From Camelus ferus (Eukaryota): a stretch of 64,000 nt of DNA. Positions 27,665 to 40,654 of the stretch are shown here, piece after piece. The translations under genes and the position numbers were made by a program. Within the stretch, counting starts at the first letter, position 1. Every line of letters begins with the position of its first letter. The notes under the pieces were generated by a model. The model saw only the letters and a program-made list of their open reading frames with translations, did no database searches and was not told the origin of the DNA. Location of the stretch: assembly GCF_009834535.1 (NCBI RefSeq), contig NC_045711.1, positions 11,966,001-12,030,000 of the forward strand, in the 5' to 3' direction.

Positions 27665-28435
27665 CTTTTAAGTTTTTTTAATTGAAGTATAGTCAGTTTA
27701 CAATGTTGTGTTAATTTCTGGTGTACAGTATAGTGATTCATATATATATATATATATTCCTTTTCATATTTTTTTGACTATAGGCTATTACAAAGTATTG
27801 AATATAGTTCCCTGTGCTACACAGTAGGTCCTCACTGTTTATCCATCTTATATATAGTAGTACCTGCAAATCCCAAATTCCCAATTTATCCCGCCATCCC
27901 CTCCTTCTCTCTCTAGTAACCACAAGTTTGTTTTCTATGTCTGTGAGTCTGTTTCTGTTCTGTAAATAAGTTTATTTGTCTCATTTTTAAGATTCTACAT
28001 GTAAGTAATATCATATGGTATTTTTTTTCTTTCTAGCTTACTTTNNNNNNNNNNNNNNNNNNNNNNNNNNNNNNNNNNNNNNNNNNNNNNNNNNNNNNNN
28101 NNNNNNNNNNNNNNNNNNNNNNNNNNNNNNNNNNNNNNNNNNNNNNNNNNNNNNNNNNNNNNNNNNNNNNNNNNNNNNNNNNNNNNNNNNNNNNNNNNNN
28201 NNNNNNNNNNNNNNNNNNNNNNNNNNNNNNNGTGCTTGTATCTTTTTGAATTAGAGTTCCCCCTTGATATATGCCCAGGAGTGGGGTCCTAGATCATATG
28301 ATNNNNNNNNNNNNNNNNNNNNNNNNNNNNNNNNNNNNNNNNNNNNNNNNNNNNNNNNNNNNNNNNNNNNNNNNNNNNNNNNNNNNNNNNNNNNNNNNNN
28401 NNNNNNNNNNNNNNNNNNNNNNNNNNNNNNNNNNN
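27665..28435 (-). mobile_element. L1 3' end (cetartiodactyl type), partly N
   Basis: tttttaattgaagtatagtcagtttacaatgttgtgttaatttctggtgtacag...gtaaccacaagtttgttttctatgtctgtgagtctg. Confidence 0.8.
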
Positions 28436-30780
28436 TGGTTCTGTCTACTTTGGTTCTGTCCCTTCTCAGTATCTCTGGAAAGAGACCAGCTTCTAGCTCC
28501 ATTTCCTCTCCTCACTTCCACATGCAACCTATTCTCAGCCTCACATTTACGAAGTCAAGATTTTGAGTATTTACAATCTTTCCTGCAACCACAACAAGTC
28601 TTCTGGACATTTCTACATTGACTCTAAAAGTTGAGATCCAGTGAACAGTACTTACATAATGATGGCCATGTGAATAGTGGTCAAACTCAGGCCAAACAAT
28701 GGGCAGGATTACACTTTCTACTCCATGTGCTCAGTCCTACAACCCAGGAGACTATTTCAGCTATTATGTCAATGAAATCCAACCATGTGTCATTATTATA
28801 CCTTGATTTTCATTTAAATCAAAAAAATCTCTTCTTCAGTTTTGGAATTTTCCTAGAGATTCTGATTGCTTTTCTTTCTTCTTGGACTCTTTACCTATAT
28901 CGTGTCTTATTTTTTTCCAAGTTATCGTTCATACCATTCATTCAATTCAAGCCCCATTTTGCCTCCTCCTCCCAGTGGAACTCATTACTCCTTAAATTTG
29001 CTCTACAGTCATCATCCTGGCACCTTCATTCACTGAACTTCGAGCTTAGATTCACTGTTTACTATATGTTATTTTATCTTCTATCTGATTTGTGACCACA
29101 TTTTCTAGAATACATCCTCCATTTTCTAGAATAGTGTGTATGAAGGCCAACTTTGCATGTCAGAATAAGTCTTTATCTGTTTGGCTAGATATAAAATTCT
29201 AGGTAGAAATTCTTTTCTCTCAAAACTGTGCATGCATTTCTCCATTTCAATCTTCTAGGATGCGGTGTTATTTGAAAAGTCTGTAGTCATTTTGATTCTT
29301 GTTTCTTTAGAGATGAATTGTTTTACTCTTTAGAAACTTTTAACATCTCTTTATTCCGGATGTTCTGAAATTTAATGCAGAAGTATCTAAATATGATTTT
29401 TCATTCATTAACTTGAGCACAAAATAAACCCTTCACAATGAAGACGTGACCTTCAGTTGTGGAAATTTTCTCTTATTTTTTTCTAAGATATTTTCCTTCC
29501 CTCCGACTTATTCATCGTTATTTTCTGGGGTTCCTAATAACTGTACGGTCCTTTAGGATTGGTGTTCTATGCTTGCTGTCTTTCCTCCCTGATTCTACTT
29601 CTTCCTCTTTTTGCTTTATATTTTTAGGAGTTTTTTTTCTCAACTCTATGTTTTAATCCTTATATTGAACACTTTATTGTTGTAACCACATGTTTAGTCT
29701 CTGAAAAATATTTCTTGTTCTCTGGTTGTTCCTTTTTCACAGAGCATCCAGTTCTTGCTTGATGGATATTTTGTCTGTCTTTCTGAATCTCTAAGTATAT
29801 TAAGTAGTTCTCTTTATACCCTGAATTATCTCTGTTTCCTCCAGTGTCAGTTTTTTTGTTTGTTTATTTTGGTCTTTCTTTGCAAGCTACGGGTTCTTCT
29901 CACATGCATGGTGATCACTGGCAATATTTAATAAAGAATTACCCACGTATTCTGGGTTTCCTCTGCTGGTATATGAATTATACTACTTCTCCTCTAGGTC
30001 TCTCCCCGGTGGAAATTCTGACTAGAAATTCTTTGTGGATCAGGATAGAACATATCAACTGAAAGGCTTCAACTGGGCTGGGAAGGGTTGATGGTTGACT
30101 ATCAGACAGTGGGCCACCCCAATGCTTGAATAAGGAACATTTATCCTGGACCTCCAACATTCATACTAGAAGCACTAACTTCCCTCAGACAGTTGGTTCA
30201 ATTTCTTTAGAGACAAGATGTCTGACATTTTGTCTGAGGGAAAATGGCTTCTGGTGAGGAAGGGAAGTGGGATCATAACTGATGCTGGTGGCCTGTCTTC
30301 CAGGTCTTCAATCAATCCTGGGTTTTGTGTTCATTCTAAACTATTATACCATGACCCTTCCCCAACCCTAATCAACCCCTGCTCCTGTACTAGCATGGAA
30401 AGACCTGCCTTAAACCAGACTTCAAAGTCTCAGTAAATGCCATGGTCTTGCTCATCTTCCCATGAGGTTGTTGTGAGACTGTCAAGGGGTAAGCAATAAA
30501 CTTGGCTTTGTCTTGTCAACAGATTGTTCTAGAGATATTAGGGGAGCCAGCATTTGACAAGGAGCTGGGAACAGAGCAGTGAATAATACCCTCATTGAGT
30601 TTATTCTAGAAATAGGTAATAAGCAGACAAAATAAGAAGTAGGTAATTTTCTATTTTACAATGTAGTTGGGGAGATAGTAGCCAAACAAGTCATTACAAA
30701 TTGTGATAACTAAGAAGGAAATAAAGGGCACAAAATAAAGAATGGGGGCAGCTGGGAATCTGATTTTAAAAGATAATCTG

Positions 30781-30880
30781 GGGGCAGGGGTATAGCTCAA
30801 TGGCAAGCAGGTGCTTAACATGCACGAGGTCCTGGGTTCAATCTCCAGTATCTCCACTGAAGAAAAAAGGAAAAGAAAGG
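30781..30880 (+). mobile_element. Short camelid-type tRNA-derived SINE
   Basis: ggggtatagctcaatggcaagcaggtgcttaacatgcacgaggtcctgggttcaatctccag plus an A-rich tail. Confidence 0.75.
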
Positions 30881-31389
30881 ATTGTTTCAGGCAAGCTCAC
30901 CTTCCGGTTGGGGCCAGGAAGGGCAAGGGGTCTTGTCAGGCAGATTACCTCACTAGTGTTGATAAAGAAATTCCAGATTGATTGATTTAAAACTCTACTC
31001 CTGGGGGAGGCTGAAACTGCAGTTAGGTTAGGTACTACGTTTTGGGTTTGCAGGCATAGTTTAGAACAAGTGACTCCATTTGGAGTCAATCTAAAGAGCT
31101 CTTGTGGCTCCACCTTGAGCTCTCCCTAGCTGCAGGACATTGCAGTTTAAGTCAACTACCAACTGATTTGCGGAAAGTAGTGAAAATCCGACCACATGAA
31201 CAGGATGCCTTCAGGCTCTTTCCATTACTTGCAGGAGAGAATTGCCTTTAGGTGCAGCTGCTAAAATCCAAGTATGCCTTGGCCTTTAACCATGTGGACT
31301 GAGGGACTATTAAAACCAGCCACACACAGCCTAGTTACCATGCCCTGGGGGCCTGAATTAGCAATCCCGCTGGTACTGGACTAGCCCCG

Positions 31390-31826
31390 CAGGAGTTGCC
31401 GTGGTCTCGCAGCCCGGCCACCCGCGCACAGGCCGCGTGGAGTTTCTGTTGATTTCGCTCCCTCCCTCGGAGCCGCCGACCCGCCGGGTGGAGAGTGCTC
31501 AGCCGCGCAGCCCATCTCGCCGGCTGCACACTCACACAAACATCGGCCCGCTTTTCCAGCCCTGGGCGGTGGGTGCCTCCCAGCCGGGACTCGCTCTAGA
31601 TTCTGCAAGCCTCGCGGCGCGCGCCCCGCTCCGTGCACTGCGCTCCACCGGACTCGGAGTTTAATCACACAAACAGTGTCCGGCTTCCTGTCCTCATCTC
31701 CCCCTCCCGCCCCGTTTCCCTGGCCCCTCCCTCTCCCCAGCCCGATCCGCCCGCCCGCTCCCCCTCCCCCGATCCCTCGGGTCCCGGGATGGGGGGGCGG
31801 TGAGGCAGCCACAGCCCCCCGCCCCC
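31390..31826 (+). promoter_or_regulatory. TNFSF12 CpG-island promoter and 5'UTR
   Basis: CpG-dense and GC-rich, with C-rich GC-box tracts directly upstream of the ATG. Confidence 0.75.
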
Positions 31827-32276
31827 ATGGCCACCCGTCGGAGCCAGAAGCGGAGGGGGCGCCGGGGGGAGCCCGGCACCGCCCTGCTGGCCCCGCTCGT
31901 GCTGGGCCTGGGCCTGGCGCTGGCCTGCCTTGGCCTCCTGCTGGCCGTGGTCAGCCTGGGGAGCCGGGCATCGCTGTCTGCCCAGGTGAGGCCCGGCTCC
32001 ACACCCCTCCCTGGGCAGATCAGGAGCGGAGTCTGCGGAGCAGCTGATGGGGCCGGGTGGGCCGAGGGCAAGGGGCCAGGAAGATGGGTGGAGGGTGAGA
32101 TGTCAGGTGGAGAAGGACAGGGTGACGCTGCCTCCTTCCCAGCAGGAGCCTTCGCAGGGGGAGCTGGTGGCAGAGGAGGACCAAGACCCGCTGGTGAGTG
32201 GGCGTGGGTGCTGGCTGCGGGCGTGGGAAGTGTGCGCCGCCTGAGGGTGCAGGTTCTGCCCTGGTTGTGCCAGCCG

Positions 32277-32325
<49 letters not shown>

Positions 32326-35300
32326 GGGGGTGCACGCACCAGCCATGCCATGTGTGGGTACCTGACAGAGGGTGACAACCGTGTGTAAGGGGTTTGTGCC
32401 ACATTTGTGTCACCCAAGTATGAAATGTTTATTGGCCATGCGGGGGGGAGTGGGAGCATGAGATTGGTAAGCTGCTGTGGAAGAGGATGCTGGTTGTGTG
32501 TGCAGGATGTGGACCCCTGTGCACGCTGACAGGATGTGGGCATGTGCATGATGTACCAATTGCTCGCAGGGTCTATGCTGGTTGTGGGGGTTAGGGGGTG
32601 TGGCTGGTCTTGGGAAAGGGGCAAGGGCTGGGGCCTGATGGGTGGCCCCGGCCACTTCTGGCTGAGAGACTTGGTCCCTCCCTAAGACATCTGTGCCTCT
32701 GGCTGGTGCCTCCCCTGACGGGCCCCTTGTCCATCTCAGTTTAAGTCTCTGGGAGTCCCTGGCAAGATCTTGGTTTAGCCCTGCCCTTAATTCCCCTAGG
32801 ACCTGAATCCCCAGACAGAGGAAAGCCAGGACACCGTGTCTTTCCTGAAACTGGTTCGGCCTCGCAGAAGTGGTAAACGGCCCTTTATCCCAACCTCAGG
32901 AATAATAATAGTGGCTGGTCTGTGATGGCTTCTGGAGTTATGACTGCTTTTGTTCATCATAACAGCAGGCAGAGTAAAATCCATTAACCTCCCTTAGGGA
33001 GAGAGAAACTTAAGCACAGAGTAAACTGGGCTCGGAGTCATGGAGCTAAATAGTCGAGACTCAAACCTAGAATTCTGACCTTCCCTCTGAAGCTCCTTCC
33101 ATTCATGGACCTGCTTCTCACTTCAGACCCAACCCCAAATATGAAGAAGGGATGGCCAGGAGTTAGGAGAACCCCTGGGGTCTTGATGAAGACCAGGCGA
33201 GGGAGTCAGAGGCCTGGATCCCAGTAAGCAAAGAGACTTATGACTGGGGTGACCAGGTATCCAGGTTTGCCGGGAACTGCCCTGGCTTCCACCTGTTAGC
33301 ACAGTGTGATGACTAATAGCGCCCCTCTTGCTCTCAAAGTCATCCCAGTTTGGATGATAAGTTATAAGTTGCTTTACTTGTGGAGGAAGATAAGGCCTGA
33401 GGGTCTGAGGTCAAGAGTCTGGACAAGGATTAGGATGCCAGCGTTCTGAGGAGAACGGGGCTGAGGGAGTAGCTCCCTGCCCCCCAGACGTGGGGGTGCT
33501 TTGCCCATCTGTCTTTCCTTGATTCTCAGCACCTAAAGGCCGGAAACCACGGGCTCGCAGAGCGATTGCAGCCCACTTTGAAGGTGGGTGATGGCGAGCG
33601 GTGCCCCAGGGGTAGGGGTAGCAGAGAGGCAGGGCCGGGCTCACCGTGCCTTTTCTGTGTCTTACAGTTCACCCACGGCCGGGACAGGATGGAGCACAGG
33701 CAGGTGAGACCCCATCCCCACCTCTGAGCTCTTCCCTGACCCCCCACAGCACTGGCCTTCTGGAAAAGGGGCCCTTCAAAATCTTCACTCCCCAACCCCA
33801 CCTCAAGCCTTGGAACCCCAGAAGCCAGTTCGGGAAAGTGCTCAGGGCTCGGTTCCCTGGGCTCCCAAACCTGAACTTTGTCTATGACCCAGACCCCAGA
33901 GCCCCAGGGAGACCCCTTCCCCTCTCAGACCCCAGGCAGATTCCCCCTCCAACCACCACCCAGCTCCTCCCTCAGCCCTCACTCGTCTCCAAGAATTACC
34001 TTTGACTTTTCTCTTCTTCCCTCTTCATATTCCAAGTCTTCATACTCTGATCATTTTTCTCAGATTTTTCCAGTCTCTGCACATCTGTTCCATCCCTACC
34101 TCACCCCTGCCACCTCAGCATCATGACCTTGGAACCTCAAACCCGGTCTGTAGCCCCTCCCCCATTCCAGACTTACCCCATCCCCTCCTCTGTCCCACTT
34201 GTGTTGCTAGGCTCAGCCCCGCTAAACCACCCTTTCATTGTTCCTTTGCTTCTCTGCTTGGATTCCAGCCTCTCCATGGTCTGATCGCCACCTCTTTTCC
34301 CTGCACACCCTTATGCCTTCTCCACTCTTGTTAGGCTGACACCCCCTCCCCACCAATGTGCCTCTTCTGGACTTTGCACATACTATTCCTTTACCTGGAA
34401 TGCCCTTCCATGGGACAAGCCAGGAGGCAAAACACAAGGGTGGCTTAGCCTGGGGGCTGGCAGTGGAGATGGAGAGAAGTGGATGGATTCAGCAGGTAGC
34501 TTGAAGATAGGGCTTGCTGGGTGGGGGATCGGATGTGCAGGGTAAGGGAAAGGGAGAAATCAGAAATGACTTCTAGATTTTTAACATGGGCATCTTTGGG
34601 AATAATGCTGCCCTTTATTAGGATGGGGTTAACCAGGGAGGAAATAGGTTGAGAGGCGTGTAAATGGATAATTGAATTTGAGGTCGAATAATAAATAAAT
34701 GAAGAGATAATAATAAACAAGTGAGTTTCACAAATAGATGGCGGCACATGGCGGACTAGCTCAGGCTGGGTCAGGATGTTCAGAGTCAGGAGTCATCACC
34801 ATATGGATGGTATTTAAAGCTATGGGACTGGATGAGTCACCCAGGGGGAAAGAGGGGCCCCATGAGCAAAGCCCTGAGGCTCTTGGACATTTACAAGTGC
34901 AGCAGAGGAGGAGAACCCAGCAGAGACTGAGAAGCAGCCAGAGAGAGGGGAAAAAACTCAGGGAGGGAAGTGTCCTGGAATCTCAGAGAAGACACAGTTT
35001 CAAGAAGGAGGATGTGGCTGTCTGTGCTGAGTGCAACTGAGAGGTCACATGAGATGAGAACAGAGTAAAGACCACTGGGTTTGGTAACGTGAAAAGTCAA
35101 CTGGTGACCTTGACAAGGGCGTTGTCAGTGGTGTGGTTGGGATGAGAAGCCAGAATAGATTGGATTAAGAGAAAATGGGAAATAGAAATTGGAGACAGTG
35201 ACAACCCTTTCTAGAAGTTTCTCTGGGACAGGAGCTGAACAATGGGCTAGGAGGTGGAGGAGGATGTGAGTCAAGGAAAAGTTCAGTCCTTTTAGGGATA

Positions 35301-38300
35301 AGCAATACATGAATACATAAATCTTGTCTGATATTTATTGAGTGTTTCATCTCATCTAATCCCCCCAACAGTCTTAAAGGGAAGATATTCTGATCATCTC
35401 CACTTTTCCAGATAGAGGTTACTTAACATGTCTGAGGTCATGATGACACTAAGAGGTGGAGCTGGGATTTGAACCCAGTGAGTGTGTGCTTGTGTCCTGG
35501 GCATCGTTTGTGTGAGAGGCAGGGGATGGAGGACCCTGCAGGCAACGTCCAAGAAGGTGGGAGGGGGTGGCTTCCAGAAGGAAGAGAGGGACACATCATC
35601 CCATCACTGTGAGAGTCAATGGGTCAGTGGGGAATGCAAGAACCGGTCGGTCTGTGATTTGGGTTTGGGGACATGAAGGAGCCTTTACCTGCTAACTTCT
35701 AGGTCTTCTGCAGAAGGAAGGAGACAGGGGCAGGGGCTCTGAGGAAAGATGGTACCAAATCCTTATCTTGGTGAATGCAAAAGCAAGCTTAGTGGGGGAA
35801 AGAAGGACGATTGCCAGGCAGTAAGGAACGCATTGTGGTTGTGAGACTGAGAGACACCAGGGTCCCAGGCACACCAGGCCCTTGGCCACAACCAGCCTTT
35901 GCTCAAGCTGGTTCCCTGGCCAGGAATGCCCTCCTTCCTTCTCTCCCAGGCCAGCCTTCCTCCTCTCTGTATGGACCATTTGTCTCGCAGTTACCCAGAC
36001 ATCCATCCATCCATTCATTCATTCATTCATTGACTCAACACTCATGCACCGAGATCCTACCGTTTATAAGGACCCCACGAGGTGCCCACGGTGAATAATA
36101 CCTATTCTCAAGGAATTACTGTCTAATAGTGGAGACAAGCAGAAACACTTGTAAATTACAATAGGCTATGACAAGAACAATAATGAAAGTAAAGCCAGAG
36201 GTGCGTGGTGACATAGAGGAAGACAAACCACCTTACAGTGGAGACAAGGGCTCCTTCCCTGAGAACTGTGGGCCTTGAAGCATAAGTGTTAGATGGACAG
36301 GTGGTCAAGGACATTCCAGGTAGAAGGAACAATTCATGTAAAAGCCCAGAGTTTGCCAAGAGCATGATGAGGCTGGGGCCTCAGTGTGGGGAGGAGCAGC
36401 CCTGGAGGAGCAGGATGGGGTGAGGCCGGAGAAGAATAAGGAGCCAGGTCACAGATGCAGTCTGGAAGTTATTCTGAGGTCCAAGGCTCACACCTGCCTT
36501 TTAGAAACATCACTGTGTGCCTATGTGTAGTCACACAGGGAATAAACTGGAACAGGCAAGGTTGAGTCCCGAGGAGCCCAGAGAGGAAGGAGGCTACGAA
36601 GAGTCCCAGGAAGAAATGGCAAAAGCCAGGCTGGGGAGGGAGATGTAACAGAGCTCTGTGGGTGCAGAATTGCTAGGAACTGGTGATCAGTGAATAAAGC
36701 TGGTGAAGGAGAGGGAGGCTTGGGTGCCAGGTGAGAAACAGCTCAGTGTGGAATACAGACTGTCAGACAAGTTTGGGGCGGGGGAGGTTAAGCTCAGTTT
36801 TGGCCTGGATGATTTGGAGATGCCTGGGGCTGTTCTAATGGCTGATGGCCGGCAGCTAGCAGTGTCAGGAGGGGCAGGAAAGGGCAGGGCTGGAGACTCA
36901 GATTGGAGTCTGCAGAATAAAGGCCAAGGGAACCCGTAGGTGGGGATGAAAATGCCCAGTGAGCTATGTGTTTTCCTTGAGAAAGTAACAAGGACAGCGC
37001 CCCGGGGCTGGCAGAGGATGGGGTCTGGGGAAGGCAGCTGCCCAGGCTGTTGAGATGAAGCCAGGGAGGCCCTGAAGAGTGGCCTGTGGACCCAACAGAG
37101 AGCTGGCACCATGGTCGCCTCCTCCCTGTCTCTTCCCACTGGTTTTTGCTTGGTGCCCACCAGAGCAGGCCCAGCTCCAGGGGCCGGGGGCCAGTGGTGA
37201 ACAAGACCAATGTCCCTGCCCTCTTGGGAGAGTCAGACCCCAAGCCATCACATCCATAAATAAACAAGCCAACTTCCCTTGGTGACGCTGGAGAGAAATA
37301 AGGTGATGTGGTGGAGAGATTAACAGAGGCGGGGCTGGGACTAGCTATTTCTGGGAAGGTCTCTCAGAGGGACCTGATGACAGAAGGGGCCAGGCAGGGG
37401 AGAAATCCTGGCGAGAGGGCAGAGCAGTAAAAGCCCTGGGGGAACAATGAGCTTGAGGCCCTGCAGGGGCCCAGTGGCTGGAGTCTCCTGACTTGGAAGA
37501 ATGTGTGAGGTGAGATCAGAGAGGTAAAAGCCGCTTGAGACTCTGCTCTGTCATTCTACTATCTTCTTTACAATTTGCAATTATCCTCTCTCTAGATTTT
37601 GGTGTGTGTGTAGTGGGTGGTGGTGGTAATGGCTTTATTGAGACGTAATTCACAAACTATATAGTTCTTCCCATTTAAAGTGTTCAATTAAGTGGTTTTG
37701 AGTATATTCACAGAGTAGTGAGACATCATTACAGTAATTTGAGAGCATTTTCATCACTTCAAAAAGAAACCCCATCACCTTCACCCATGACCCCGTATCT
37801 CCCTGATCCCTCCCAGCCCTAAGCAATGACTAATCCACCTTCTGTCTCTACGTATTTGGTTATTTGGACATTTCATAGAAATCATATAATAGGTGGTCCT
37901 TAGTGACTGGCTTCTTTCATTTAACATGTTTTCAAGGTTCCAACATGTCGTAACATGTACCAGTATTCCATTTCTTTTTATGGCTGAATAATATTCCATT
38001 GTATGGATTTAACACAAGTTTCCTTATTCATTCATCAATGGATGGATATTTGAGAACCATTTGATTATTTTTAATTTTAATAATCCAAGTAATGCATCTC
38101 CAAGCGCAAGAGCAAACAATAGAGACACAAACTGTAAAAGCCCCCACGCTTCTTCCATCCTACTCTTCTCCCCGGAAGTGGCTGGTAACAGCTTGCTCTG
38201 TATCCTTCTGGTCATATATGTGGAATTTATTTGCATAACTTCCTGTTACACTAGGGCTCCCTGGGCTGTGGCTCCTCCCTTGCCCTTGGTCATCTAGATA

Positions 38301-38984
38301 TCTTCTGGGTAAGATGGGCCCAAAGATTTATAAACTCAGTGGGTCCCAGGTGAGAAATGGTGAGAAAGTTCTGTAAAGGGACTGTCCCCTGTTTCTGAAC
38401 ATCCATATTCAGGTGTGGACGGGACGGTGAGTGGCTGGGAGGAGGCCAAAATCAACAGCTCCAACCCTCTGCGCTATGATCGCCAAAGCGGGGAGTTTAT
38501 AGTCACCCGGGCTGGGCTCTACTACCTGTATTGTCAGGTAAGCCGCACCTGGCTCTGCGGGCCAAGCAGGAACTGAGGGAGAAGGGCTGGCTTAGGGGGT
38601 GGGGGCCGTTAACGGTGGGGGGCAGGAGCTAGAGGTTTGGGCTGGTTAGGAGACCTGGGTCCCCAAGGAAATGGGAGACTGAGCTGAGGGCCAGCAGAGG
38701 CCTGGACTCTGCCCACCCTCCCCCACCCCTAGGTGCACTTTGATGAGGGAAAGGCTGTCTACCTGAAGCTGGACTTGCTGGTGGATGACACACTCGCCCT
38801 GCGCTGCCTGGAGGAGTTCTCGGCAACGGCAGCGAGCTCCCTCGGGCCCCAGCTCCGTCTCTGCCAGGTGTCTGGGCTGTTGCCCCTGCGGCCAGGGTCC
38901 TCCCTGCGGATCCGCACCCTCCCCTGGGCCCATCTCAAGGCCGCCCCCTTCCTTACCTACTTTGGACTCTTCCAAGTTCACTGA
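31827..38984 (+). CDS. TNFSF12: TWEAK, TNF superfamily member 12 (248 aa)
   Basis: Exons 31827-31985, 32146-32193, 32800-32872, 33530-33583, 33668-33703, 38413-38537, 38733-38984 total 747 nt. Type II TM segment, furin site RPRR-SAPK, and a TNF domain ending FLTYFGLFQVH*. Confidence 0.97.
32279..32323. repeat. (TG)n microsatellite in TNFSF12 intron 2
   Basis: About 22 perfect TG units. Confidence 0.97.
34380..35300 (+). mobile_element. L2 LINE fragments in TNFSF12 intron 5
   Basis: aatgacttctagatttttaacatgggc, gaagcagccagagagag, ccactgggtttggtaacgtgaaaagtcaactggtgaccttgacaagg. Boundaries approximate. Confidence 0.65.
37625..38060 (-). mobile_element. L1 3' end (L1MB-like)
   Basis: ggctttattgagacgtaattcaca...gactggcttctttcatttaacatgttttcaaggttc...tttatggctgaataatattccattgtatgg. 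Confidence 0.75.
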
Positions 38985-39495
38985 GGGGCCCTGGTCTCTT
39001 GGTGGCTTGCCCAGGCCGCCGGCTCCCTACAGCAGCTCTCTGAGCACACACACACCCTCCCCCCTCCCCTCTGTCCCACCCTAAGATGCTCCTCCCCCAG
39101 ACCTGCCTCTCCTGCGGGGCTCTCACTTGATGCCCATGCCACATAAATACTCCCATCCAGCTCCGACCACACCCCCACCTCTGGCTCCCCACCTCACCAG
39201 CCCCCAAACCCCTGATCTTTCCCTGCCCCCATTTGTCTCCTGACTCCCCACCCTGGCCGCAGCCCCCCAAGACACTGTGTTTACTGTACTCTGGGTGACG
39301 ATGGATCCTGAATACCCCTCTTCAGGCACTGAGAGGGGCTGGATGCCAGAGAGACTGGGACTAGGCCAGGAGTTCCCAAATGTGAGGGGTAAGAGACCAA
39401 GGCAGGCTCCTCCCTTGATAATTCCCTGTGGATTTTTAAAAGATATTATTTTTATTATTATTGTGACAAAATGTTGATAAGTGGATATTAAAGAG

Positions 39496-39501
39496 AATAA
39501 A
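39496..39501 (+). terminator. TNFSF12 polyadenylation signal
   Basis: AATAAA preceded by an AU-rich tract (about 39443-39462). Confidence 0.8.
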
Positions 39502-40654
39502 TCATGGTCACTCTCTTTATTGGGGCTTAGGGGACATCCTCAGGATAGCTGGGGGCTATGGGAAGGGGATCGGGGCATTGGGGATTGGGGTGCAGGACTC
39601 CTGGAACAGGGCGATGTCTAGGCTCAGCAGTGGGGACCTACCTGCCTCCAGCCCCGAAGCACAAGCAGAGTCAAAAGGCAAACTGCCAGGAAAAAAAATC
39701 AATCCTCTGCCCAAGGTCCAGCAGAGGCAGCCTCATTTACCTAGGAGGCGGGCCTCATCCCACGGGGAATCCCTGGCTGGGAGGAGCAGGGGCCCTTCCT
39801 CTTGGCAGCCTCGGACATTCAGCAGGTGCTGGTACAAGCCCTGGCTGGGATGTGGGGTGGGCCCAGGGTCAGCAAGCAGGAAGCCGGGGCCCAGGAAGCC
39901 GGGAACCTGGGCCCCTGGGTTCAGGGGAGGAATCCTACAGCGGCAGGGTGCTTGGGGATCTTTCTCTCTTTGTCCAGAGCCTTATGTAAGAGCTCTTCTC
40001 GGGAAACAGGAAGTCTCGCTTGCCAAGTTCAGCACAGGGAGTAGTGCAGGCCTTATTCCAACACACCCGGCCTGGCCTTAACCCCAGAACTCAGCCAGTT
40101 TCTTGCTTCCTTGACCCTGGTTCTCCTCCCCACCGACCCCCTCCCCTCCTTTCCCACCTTTGGTCACTCCAAGCCAACTTCCCCAGAGAGCCTGCCTGTG
40201 CCTGAGCCAGAGGGTCTTCCACTCTCACCCCCTGACCCTTAACGCTGTCCAGCTTGTCCCTCCATCCCGGCTCCTGGCACGACGCCCCAGAGCCAGCCAA
40301 CCTTCCCTCCCCCACTCCTGGGGCCGCCCCGGGGTTCCTGCGCTCTGGCCGCTCCTCCTGGGTGTCACTGGCAGCCCCGTCCTTCCTAGAGAGACTGATA
40401 GCAAATTCTCCTGAGGCTGGAGGACGGTGACGGGTCTCAGGACGTCACTGGCCCCACAGCGGAGTGCCAGGAACACCAACAGTGCCCTGAGCTTGCTTTC
40501 CGCCTCCCTCCTTTTTATTCTCAAGTTCCTTTTTACTTCTCCCTTGCGTAACGCCCTTCTTCCCTTCTGCACCACTGCCTGCACCCCCACCCTCCCAGTC
40601 ACCTCCTTGCCACCCCACTCCTCAAGCCACAGCTGTTGGCAGGGTCCTCAGCTC

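Noticed and set aside
31381-32624. Overlapping long ORFs on both strands around TNFSF12 exons 1-2
   Set aside because: GC-rich CpG island plus a TG microsatellite, both poor in stop codons.
40427-40654. 76-codon in-frame extension upstream of the APRIL ATG
   Set aside because: No upstream ATG, and the sequence is a pyrimidine-rich 5'UTR. A non-AUG start cannot be supported from sequence alone.
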